From Candidatus Collierbacteria bacterium (GTDB taxonomy: Bacteria; Patescibacteriota; Microgenomatia; UBA1400; JACPES01): 64,000 nt of DNA. The first letter of the stretch is position 1; each line of letters starts with the position of its first letter. The stretch is taken from the NCBI GenBank assembly GCA_016183365.1, contig JACPES010000003.1, positions 345,154 through 409,153 on the forward strand, written 5' to 3'. A model generated the notes under the pieces. It was not told where the DNA came from. It saw only the letters and a program-made list of their open reading frames with translations, and ran no database searches. The position numbers and the translations under genes are program-made. Below are positions 54,539 through 62,678 of the stretch, piece by piece.

Positions 54539-55312
54539 GTGGTCAAGGGAAAAAAGATCGTTGCAACTATTGAAGCGCGGATGGCGTCCACCCGTCTTCC
54601 CGGCAAAATTATGTTTCCGTTTGCGGGAAAGCCGGATTTAGAGATGATGATTGAGCGCGTCAAACGCGCTTCGCTACTAGATGAAGTTGTGGTGGCTACG
54701 ACCACAAATCCAAAAGACGATACGATCGCGACGTTATGCCGTCGGCTTCAAGTTTCGCATTACCGCGGAAGCGAAGAAGATGTTTTAAAGCGGTTAGTCG
54801 AAACAGGTAAATCGGTTAATGCTGACATCATTGTGGAAACAACTTCCGACTGTCCGGTGATTGATTGGCGCCATATCGACTATCTTGTCAATCTATTTTT
54901 CTCGGGGAAATATGATTATGTTTCAAACATTATTGAGCGATCATTTCCGCGCGGATTCGACACCCAAGTTCTCTCGCTGAAAGTTTTAGAAAAAGTTGAA
55001 CGCGTCGCCAAAGACCATGCGTATCGGGAACATCCGACGTTTTACATTTATACCCACCCAAAGGAATTTCGGCTCAAAAACTGGAAAGCGGAAGGAAAAA
55101 TGTTTTGGCCGGATCTGCGGGTGACGCTTGACACGAAAGAAGATTATCGGGTGTTGAGCGAGATTTTCGATCACCTCTATCCGGTTAATCCTGATTTTTC
55201 GGCGGAAGACGTTGTTGACTTTTTGCGGCAACATCCGGAAATTGTCAGAATCAATTCGGAAGTGACACAGAAAAATCCTCATAAGGAGTTAAGACGTGAT
55301 AAGAAAATATAG
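54539..55312 (+). CDS. CMP-nonulosonic acid synthetase (acylneuraminate cytidylyltransferase family; PseF/NeuA/LegF-like)
   Basis: KKIVATIEARMASTRLPGKIM N-terminal signature of CTP_transf_3 family; 257 aa; GTG start. Confidence 0.7.
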   Translation: MVKGKKIVATIEARMASTRLPGKIMFPFAGKPDLEMMIERVKRASLLDEVVVATTTNPKDDTIATLCRRLQVSHYRGSEEDVLKRLVETGKSVNADIIVETTSDCPVIDWRHIDYLVNLFFSGKYDYVSNIIERSFPRGFDTQVLSLKVLEKVERVAKDHAYREHPTFYIYTHPKEFRLKNWKAEGKMFWPDLRVTLDTKEDYRVLSEIFDHLYPVNPDFSAEDVVDFLRQHPEIVRINSEVTQKNPHKELRRDKKI

Positions 55313-56258
55313 AGTAGCTATCATCGGAGCTGGTAATATTGCTGCTCGATTTGACGAGTCGGAGAGTAAGGCTATTTTGACTCATGCGCACGCCTATTCG
55401 CTTCATCCCGGGTTTAAGATCTGCGGATTTGTTGATCTTGACGAGGAGAAAGCGAGATTTGCAGCGTTGCGATGGGAAGGGAGAGCTTATTCGTCTATCC
55501 CCAAATTGGTCGATAAAGAACGGCCGGAAATCATTTCTGTTTGTACTCCTGACGAAACTCATGAGAATGTAGTGAAACAACTCGAGGGAAAAAATATCCT
55601 CGGCGGAATTCTTGAGAAACCTCTTGCAGTTGATCTGGTTGGCGCGCGCGCAATTGCGACGTCTCCTCTCGTGAAGAAAGGAAAATTCCTGATGAATTAT
55701 TCCCGACTTTTTGTTCCTGAATTTCAAAAGTTGAGGCGAGATTATCGCAAGGGGGTATACGGTCGGTTGGTTTCGGCAACCGGATACTACGGAAAAGGAT
55801 TGATTCATAATGGATCTCACATGATCAGTTTACTTTTTTGGTTGTTTGAGGGCATTAAGGTTATTAAAAAAATTTCTTTAATCAATGATTTTACGAATGA
55901 TGATCCGAGTGTTTCTGCGGTCCTGCAGTTTTCGGCCGGGGCAAAGGGTGTTCTTCATGCGATTGATAGTCGCTTGCACACGATATTTGAACTGGATTTA
56001 CTCTTTGAAAAAGGGCGTGTGAGAATGGTAGATAGTGGTCATAAACTTGAGGTTTATGAACTTGAAAAAAGCAAGAGATATTTGGGGTATACAGCGATGA
56101 ATCCGAAAGAAGTCATCACCACGTCGCTTGGTCGGTCGTTGTCATTCGCGGTTGAAAATTTATATCACTGGTTGGAAGGAAGCCAACCTCCGCTTTCTAC
56201 AGTTCAAGAAGCGTTTAATGTACAGAAAATTTGTCAGGATATAATTCTTTCTAAATGA
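55296..56258 (+). CDS. Gfo/Idh/MocA-family NAD(P) oxidoreductase
   Basis: YRVAIIGAGNIAARF Rossmann; EKP motif (LEKPLAVD). Confidence 0.65.
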   Translation: MIRKYRVAIIGAGNIAARFDESESKAILTHAHAYSLHPGFKICGFVDLDEEKARFAALRWEGRAYSSIPKLVDKERPEIISVCTPDETHENVVKQLEGKNILGGILEKPLAVDLVGARAIATSPLVKKGKFLMNYSRLFVPEFQKLRRDYRKGVYGRLVSATGYYGKGLIHNGSHMISLLFWLFEGIKVIKKISLINDFTNDDPSVSAVLQFSAGAKGVLHAIDSRLHTIFELDLLFEKGRVRMVDSGHKLEVYELEKSKRYLGYTAMNPKEVITTSLGRSLSFAVENLYHWLEGSQPPLSTVQEAFNVQKICQDIILSK

Positions 56259-57466
56259 GTACGGTGAGACTACCTCGCAGCAAGCTGCGGGGCATCTTTC
56301 AATCTATGAGGCGAAACCCCGCACCGAAAGCCCCCATGATAAAACCCATGTATCCTTTGCAGCAAGCCCTCCGAGTCGGAAGGCAAGCCGCGGGGTTTTC
56401 TGGTGCTGGGGCAAAAAAAGTGTTGTTCTTTTCCCGCGATCCGGGCGGCGCGAACTGCATTATCCCCGTTTTCAAACGATTGGCGGCGCAAAAAACTATT
56501 ACGCCGATTCTCTGGGGTAAAGATTACTCAATTATCAGATACGGAGAAGAGAAGTTAAAATATAAAGATATTTCTTATCTTAACACTTTCCAGGTTATCT
56601 CTTTTCTTCAATCCAAACAAGTAAAGTTTATATTGACCGGCACGAGCTATGGAGATTATTCAGAACAGAAACTTTGGAAGCTTGCACGAAAACTTCATAT
56701 CCCAACAGCAGCGATCGTAGATCAATGGCTCAACTATCGGCTACGATTTACTTCTCTCGCTGGGAGAATAATCACTCCTGACAAAATTCTTGTCTTGGAC
56801 AATTTCGCAAGAAAGGAAATGATAGGGGAAGGATTTCAAAAAGCACAGTTATTAGTGGTCGGTCATCCTTCTTTCGATCTTCTGGGAGAAATGGTCGGTT
56901 GGGATAAGAAAAATGTTATTCGTCATAGACTTTCAATACTCTTTATTTGCGACGCCATTGAGCAAGCAGTGCACGTAAATTTTGGATATACTGAAAAAAC
57001 AATTATTACTGAATTACTCACGGCTTTCGAGAGCGTAAACTATTCAGACAAAATAGATCTGGTGATTAAATTACACCCAAAAAACGATCTCGATGCCATG
57101 AGAATGTTCATCAAGCGTGTTTCTCTTCCAAAATTGGTCAGCATTTCTCTCACTAAAACTACTCCCCTTCACAAACTCATACTGATATCAGATCTCGTCA
57201 TTGGGATGTATTCGATGGGACTTGTCGAGGCGTATCTCCTTGGCAAGCCAGTGATGAGCGTTCAGATCGGATTACGCAAAGAGGACGAATTCATTTTAAG
57301 CAGGAGAGGAGTAACTCGGACAATTCGATCTTCTCAGATACTTATAGAAGAATTTAATCGGTTTTTTTTGAAGAAAAGAGTAAGATACAAGAAGCGATTT
57401 CCAATCGTGCCTCATGCCGGAGAGAATGTTATAAAATTCATCATTGATACTATCAATCGCAAATGA
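56255..57466 (+). CDS. Single-domain KpsS/TagF-like GT-B protein with HP motif (true start probably GTG ~56420; upstream 160 nt GC-rich and probably non-coding)
   Basis: LLVVGHPSFDLL ... VIKLHPKNDL ... ISDLVIGMYSMGLVEAYLLGKPVMSV matching C-terminal domains of 50778/52670. Confidence 0.45.
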   Translation: MSTVRLPRSKLRGIFQSMRRNPAPKAPMIKPMYPLQQALRVGRQAAGFSGAGAKKVLFFSRDPGGANCIIPVFKRLAAQKTITPILWGKDYSIIRYGEEKLKYKDISYLNTFQVISFLQSKQVKFILTGTSYGDYSEQKLWKLARKLHIPTAAIVDQWLNYRLRFTSLAGRIITPDKILVLDNFARKEMIGEGFQKAQLLVVGHPSFDLLGEMVGWDKKNVIRHRLSILFICDAIEQAVHVNFGYTEKTIITELLTAFESVNYSDKIDLVIKLHPKNDLDAMRMFIKRVSLPKLVSISLTKTTPLHKLILISDLVIGMYSMGLVEAYLLGKPVMSVQIGLRKEDEFILSRRGVTRTIRSSQILIEEFNRFFLKKRVRYKKRFPIVPHAGENVIKFIIDTINRK

Positions 57467-58770
57467 AGAAAATATTGGCAATTAATGGGGGAAAGAAAGT
57501 CCGGCGGAAGAAATTTCCTTCATACAATACCATCGGCAAAGAGGAAAAACGGGCAGTCCTGAAAGTTCTCAATAGCGGCGTGCTTTCACAGTACCTTGGG
57601 GTCTGGGGGAAAGATTTTTACGGAGGAGAAGAAGTACGAACGCTGGAAAAAGAATGGGCGGCCCATTTCCATGTCAAACACGCGATTGCCGTCAACTCTG
57701 CGACCTCCGGCCTCTTCGCCGCGACCGGCGCGATCGGAATCGGTCCCGGAGACGAAGTCATTGTTTCGCCATACACCATGTCCGCATCGGTGATGCCGCC
57801 CTTGATCTACGGAGCGGTTCCCGTGTTTGCGGATATCGAGCAAGAGTATTTCTGTTTAGATCCGGCATCAGTTGAACAACGAATCACAGAACGGACAAAA
57901 GCCATTATCGTGGTGGATTTATTCGGCCAACCGTATGACGTTGAACGAATCAATAAAATTGCTAAGAAGCACAATCTTATTCTTATAGAAGACGCTTCTC
58001 AAGCGCCCGGAGCGGCATATCAAGGAAAATTCGCCGGTACATTGGGAGACATCGGGATATTTTCTCTGAATTATCACAAACATATCCATACCGGCGAAGG
58101 CGGAATGGTCGTAACGGATAACGATGAGCTGGCGGATAGGGTCCGATTAATTCGAAATCACGCGGAAAGTATTGTCGAGGCAAAAGGAGTAAAGAATTTG
58201 ACGAACATGGTTGGATTTAACTTTCGGATGACGGAAATTGAGGCGGCGATTGCCCGATGCCAGCTGAAAAAATTGAAATCTCTTCTGAAATCTCGTATTA
58301 ACGATATTGAGTACCTGACGAAAAGACTAGAAACAATTGAAGGATTGCGTCCGCCCCGCGTCCGCCCCGGATGCACCCATTCATTTTATGTCCATCCCAT
58401 TTTGTACGACCAACGTGTCACCGGTGTCCCCCGCGACAGATTCATTGATGCCGTCAAAGCCGAGCTGACGCCAACGCGAGGGCGAGAATCATGGGGGCCG
58501 TTAATAAGCTGTGGCTATGTAAAACCCCTATATCTTCTTCCGTTATTCCAAAAACGAATCGCGATTGGAGCCAACGGGTATCCATTTACAGCACCTCTTT
58601 ATTATGGCAACGTGACATATAAGAAAGGAATTTGCCCTGTGGTAGAGCAATTGTATGAGTATTCACTCTTTTATCATGATCTGGCCAAACCGCCGGTCAC
58701 AAAGAAAGATCTGGATGACATTGCCAAAGCATTTGTGAAAGTCAGCCGTCACGTTAAGGAACTACGATGA
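57463..58770 (+). CDS. DegT/DnrJ/EryC1/StrS-family PLP-dependent sugar aminotransferase
   Basis: AIAVNSATSGLFAATGAIGIGPGDEVIVSPYT...FSLNYHKHIHTGEGGMVVT. Confidence 0.75.
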   Translation: MKKILAINGGKKVRRKKFPSYNTIGKEEKRAVLKVLNSGVLSQYLGVWGKDFYGGEEVRTLEKEWAAHFHVKHAIAVNSATSGLFAATGAIGIGPGDEVIVSPYTMSASVMPPLIYGAVPVFADIEQEYFCLDPASVEQRITERTKAIIVVDLFGQPYDVERINKIAKKHNLILIEDASQAPGAAYQGKFAGTLGDIGIFSLNYHKHIHTGEGGMVVTDNDELADRVRLIRNHAESIVEAKGVKNLTNMVGFNFRMTEIEAAIARCQLKKLKSLLKSRINDIEYLTKRLETIEGLRPPRVRPGCTHSFYVHPILYDQRVTGVPRDRFIDAVKAELTPTRGRESWGPLISCGYVKPLYLLPLFQKRIAIGANGYPFTAPLYYGNVTYKKGICPVVEQLYEYSLFYHDLAKPPVTKKDLDDIAKAFVKVSRHVKELR

Positions 58771-58841
58771 ATAATCAAATCATGATCGGAAAACGCGTGT
58801 GTCTCCGCGTTCTTAAAGAACGCGACGTGGATGGTCCGTAA
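58767..58841 (+). pseudogene. Possible remnant of a GNAT acetyltransferase N-terminus (24-codon ORF MNNQIMIGKRVCLRVLKERDVDGP), overlapping the upstream stop
   Basis: Peptide resembles N-terminal beta1 of RimL-like GNATs (compare ISLRPLAINDV of 61019 gene); ends in stop; contains 9-bp-stem hairpin cgcgttctt/aagaacgcg. Confidence 0.25.
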
Positions 58842-58937
58842 AATGCCTAGTTAATACCCTCTGGGCGCAGTCGAAATTAACAGAAAGGGATTTAAAAGAT
58901 ATCGTGGTGGCGGTGGAGAAAGTTGCCAAAAATCTGA

Positions 58938-60041
58938 CTAAGTTGAAAACAAGTGTTTCCAAGCAAAAGCTTCTCCTCTGGAGATTGATTGAGTCAATTT
59001 TTTCCCGATAATCATTTCAGTAAATTGAGGGGTAATTGATCCTTTTGGCGTCGGGCGCAAGGCTTCGACCATTGATTTGGTTAAGGCGGTGCCTTTCTTT
59101 AAATCTCGGGCAGCGCGCAAGCAGCGGCGCTGAATGATTGACGAGTCGGTTTCGGCGGCGACAACCTGTTTTTGTCCTGATCCAAGGATGGTTTTTACTA
59201 AATTGCCGTATTTTGTCATTAAAGCGAACGCTTGAGGTGTCATCGAAAATGGGGCGTCCGGAGTTTCGTCGTCGTTTCTTAGACACAAATGTTTTTCGAT
59301 GACACAGGCGCCGCGGGTGACGGCGATCAATGGGACTACTACGCCGTGGAAGGGATTATCTGCGTCGTAAGTATGGTCGGAATAACCATAAGCCACGTCG
59401 AAAGCTTTGCCCATGGTGACCATGGCTTCGACTCCGGCTTGTTCAATCGGAGAGAGAGCGTAATTTGTGATGCATTGAAGAAGAATAATTTGGTCGTTGC
59501 CGGCTTTTCTTAAAGTGTTAATTGCTAATTCTACGGTTGCCAAGTCGGAGGCGCCGGAAGAGATAATAATCGGTTTTCTTTTTTTGGCGATATATGTTAA
59601 AAGTTCAATGTAATCAATATCACCGGAGCCGATTTTGTATGCATTAACGTCGACTTTTTCGAGCAGATCAACAGATTCTTTATCGTACGGCGTACTCATG
59701 AATTCAATACCGACTTTTTTACAGTAATTGGCTAGCTTTTGATGCCAGTCAAATTTTAGTGACGCATCCTCATAAACTTCATAGACGCTTTTTTTCCATT
59801 TGGCCTGATGGGTGATCTTCATTGATTTAAATCCGACGTCGGAAACGATTTTGGGTGCTTGGAAAGTTTGGAATTTGGCAACATCGGCGCCGGCTTGTTT
59901 GGCGGCATCAATCAGTTTGAAAGCTTTACGAATATCTGGTTTTTGTTCTGGAGTCGGCATCCAGTTGGCGGATATATCCGCAATCCAATAAGGTTTTTTG
60001 CCATCCCCCACCCACTGCTTTCCGATTTTGAGACGTTTCAT
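58938..60041 (-). CDS. Nonulosonic acid synthase (NeuB/PseI/LegI family) with C-terminal SAF domain
   Basis: YWIADISANW...AGADVAKFQTFQ N-terminal NeuB signature; C-terminal SAF-like KKGTALTKSMVEALRP. Confidence 0.8.
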   Translation of the reverse strand: MKRLKIGKQWVGDGKKPYWIADISANWMPTPEQKPDIRKAFKLIDAAKQAGADVAKFQTFQAPKIVSDVGFKSMKITHQAKWKKSVYEVYEDASLKFDWHQKLANYCKKVGIEFMSTPYDKESVDLLEKVDVNAYKIGSGDIDYIELLTYIAKKRKPIIISSGASDLATVELAINTLRKAGNDQIILLQCITNYALSPIEQAGVEAMVTMGKAFDVAYGYSDHTYDADNPFHGVVVPLIAVTRGACVIEKHLCLRNDDETPDAPFSMTPQAFALMTKYGNLVKTILGSGQKQVVAAETDSSIIQRRCLRAARDLKKGTALTKSMVEALRPTPKGSITPQFTEMIIGKKLTQSISRGEAFAWKHLFST

Positions 60042-60961
60042 TACAGACGAAATTTATCACTTTTGATTGATTGATGCAAGTGCGTAACGCCTTGATTTAC
60101 CATTGGAAGAGAAATTTTGATTTTTCTTGCGAAAACTAAAGAATTAAGATAAGTTTTTTGCGGGCGAGGGATAGATAAAACTAGACCGCTTTTTACCGGT
60201 AGCACCAGATTTGAATCATAGCCAAATTCTTTCGCTAGCAATTTGGCGAAGCGGTATTTGCTGATTCGGTTTTTGGCGTTCAGGTTATACAAACCGTAAA
60301 GATTTTCGCGTAAAGCTTCAATCGTTAATTTAACTATGTCTTCGATGAATAGAGGAGCAAAAACCACGTCGGTAAAACTGGTGACTTTCCGGCCGGCGGC
60401 CAAAGTCCTTAAAATCCATTCCACCAGAGGATATGGTTTTCTACCGCGGATGCCGATGATGTTTGTCCGCAAAACCAGAGCGTTTGGATCGATTTTTAGA
60501 ACTAACTGTTCGCCTTTTAGTTTCGATTTGGCATAAAGGTTTAACGGATGAACTTTGTCAATTTCTGTATATCCGTCAACCGGCGGATTTTTGCCGTCAA
60601 ACACCGCGTCGGTGGAATAATGAATCAGTTTCTTACCGTGTTTTGCCGTCCATTCAGCTAGAATCCCTGGAAATTCCGCATTTATTTTATAGGCCAAATC
60701 AGGATTTTCTTCGCAGTCTTCGACGATTGTCATGGCGGCGCAGTTGACGATGATTTCGGGATTGATTTCTGAAAGTAGAATTTGAAGGCTTAGAGGATCG
60801 GTAGCATCAAACATGACAGAGCAGATATTTTTTTCTCTGGATTTTTTCGGTTTGGAATGATAAGCGAAGAATATCGGTGAAAAAAATTTCTCCAACAAAC
60901 TTCTTTTAGCGACGAAAGCACTACCGAGCATTCCGTTGGCGCCGAGAATTAAAATTGACAT
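60041..60961 (-). CDS. RmlD-like NAD(P)-dependent sugar reductase/epimerase (SDR)
   Basis: MSILILGANGMLGSAF; YAKSKLKGE (YxxxK); 306 aa. Confidence 0.55.
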   Translation of the reverse strand: MSILILGANGMLGSAFVAKRSLLEKFFSPIFFAYHSKPKKSREKNICSVMFDATDPLSLQILLSEINPEIIVNCAAMTIVEDCEENPDLAYKINAEFPGILAEWTAKHGKKLIHYSTDAVFDGKNPPVDGYTEIDKVHPLNLYAKSKLKGEQLVLKIDPNALVLRTNIIGIRGRKPYPLVEWILRTLAAGRKVTSFTDVVFAPLFIEDIVKLTIEALRENLYGLYNLNAKNRISKYRFAKLLAKEFGYDSNLVLPVKSGLVLSIPRPQKTYLNSLVFARKIKISLPMVNQGVTHLHQSIKSDKFRL

Positions 60962-61018
60962 TCTTCTCCATAAGGTATCATATCTCGAGTATATCAGTTA
61001 ACTGGTAAAATCAGATAG

Positions 61019-61582
61019 ATGAAAATAAAAGACTCTAAGGTTTTTTTACCAGGCCAGCGCATTTCACTGCGGCCGCTGGCGATCAATGACGTTTCTCTTC
61101 GGTATCATCGATGGCTCAATGATCCGGAGGTCAATCAATATAACGCTCACGCGATTTTTCCCTATTCAATTGAAGAGTTAAAAGAATATGTAAAACAAGC
61201 CAGTAGTGATCGATCGAAAATCGTTCTGGCGATTGTCGACAACAAATCCGGGAAACACATTGGTAATCTTTCCCTTCAGAATATTGACTGGGTGGCGCGC
61301 AGCGCCGAATTTGCCATTATCATTGGAGATAGAAATTTCTGGGAAAAGGGTGTAGGTTTGGAGGCGGGAAAGTTGATCGTTGATTACGCATTTACCCGAT
61401 TAAATCTTAACAGGATTTATTGCGGAACTTCCAGCCAAAATATGGGGATGCAGAAATTAGCCGGTAAACTGGGAATGAAGCCCGAAGGTTGTCGTCGGCA
61501 GGCGATGTTTAAAGACGGGAAATTCGTTGACATTATTGAGTATGGTATCTTAAACATCGAATATGAAAAGCAAAAAGCTTAG
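61019..61582 (+). CDS. GNAT family N-acetyltransferase (RimL-like; PseH candidate)
   Basis: ISLRPLAINDVSLRYHRWLNDPEV N-term; motif A region WEKGVGLEAGKLIVDYAF. Confidence 0.7.
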   Translation: MKIKDSKVFLPGQRISLRPLAINDVSLRYHRWLNDPEVNQYNAHAIFPYSIEELKEYVKQASSDRSKIVLAIVDNKSGKHIGNLSLQNIDWVARSAEFAIIIGDRNFWEKGVGLEAGKLIVDYAFTRLNLNRIYCGTSSQNMGMQKLAGKLGMKPEGCRRQAMFKDGKFVDIIEYGILNIEYEKQKA

Positions 61583-62678
61583 GTCATCAGGCCAGCCATT
61601 TCCTCAACTAAAATACTGCACCCGTTGCTGCATGCCGGAAACTACCGAAGGAATTGAATTTGACGACATGGGCATCTGCAAATCCTGTCAGTCCTCGGAG
61701 CAAAAAATTCATATTGATTGGGTAAAGAGGGAAAAAGAATTGCGAAAAATTTTGATGTATTACAAAAAGCGGAGCGGGAGTAACTACGACTGCATCGTGC
61801 CAATTAGCGGCGGAAAAGACAGCACGTTCCAGCTCCACGTTATCTGCAAAATCTATGGGATGAAACCTCTGGCAGTGACGTTTTCTCATAATTGGTATTC
61901 TCCGGTAGGGAAGCAGAACTTAGATAATGCTCTTGAGAAATTCAATGTTGACCACATCATGTTTACTCCCAACCGGGCTTTAGTGAATAAATTAGCGCGG
62001 AAATCATTGATGATGATCGGCGACTCCTGTTGGCATTGCCACGCGGGGGTGGGCGCTTTTCCTCTTCAGGTGGCGATGAAATTCAAGATACCGCTGATGG
62101 TCTGGGGGGAATCCATCGCCGAGTCGTCAGGCCGGGCGACGCACTATGAACCCGGACACCGTTATGACCGCGAGTACTTTATCAAAGTCTCCGCCAAGGT
62201 GTATCCGGAGCAAATGGTGGGGAATGGCATAACCAAGAAAGATGTCTTCCCTTTCAAATTCCCGACTTCATCGGAAATCAAAAACGTCGGAGTAACTGGC
62301 ATTCATCTAGGAGATTACATTTTTTGGGATGACGAACGACAAACGGAGTTTGTCAGACGAGAGTACGGTTGGAAAGAGGATACGATCGAAGGGACATATA
62401 AACGCTACAAGAGCGCCGAGTGCATCATGCCGGGCGTCCACGACTACACCAAATATTTGAAACGCGGATACGGCCGGGCGACGGATCATGCCAGCCAAGA
62501 CGTTCGAGCCGGCCTTCTGACCCGTGAAGAAGCTTTTAAACTTGTGAAGAAAATCGATCCAAAAAAGCCAAAAATTTTAAAGTACTACCTTAAGATTACC
62601 GGCCTGTCGGAAAAAGAATTCTACGATGTGATGCGGAAACACCGAGTAGGAAAAGCAAAACATCTATCGTTACCATGA
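61563..62678 (+). CDS. Second N-acetyl sugar amidotransferase (WbuX/PseA-type PP-loop enzyme)
   Basis: CTRCCMPETTEGIEFDDMGICKSCQS then YDCIVPISGGKDSTFQ; paralog of 48258 gene. Confidence 0.65.
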   Translation: MKSKKLRSSGQPFPQLKYCTRCCMPETTEGIEFDDMGICKSCQSSEQKIHIDWVKREKELRKILMYYKKRSGSNYDCIVPISGGKDSTFQLHVICKIYGMKPLAVTFSHNWYSPVGKQNLDNALEKFNVDHIMFTPNRALVNKLARKSLMMIGDSCWHCHAGVGAFPLQVAMKFKIPLMVWGESIAESSGRATHYEPGHRYDREYFIKVSAKVYPEQMVGNGITKKDVFPFKFPTSSEIKNVGVTGIHLGDYIFWDDERQTEFVRREYGWKEDTIEGTYKRYKSAECIMPGVHDYTKYLKRGYGRATDHASQDVRAGLLTREEAFKLVKKIDPKKPKILKYYLKITGLSEKEFYDVMRKHRVGKAKHLSLP

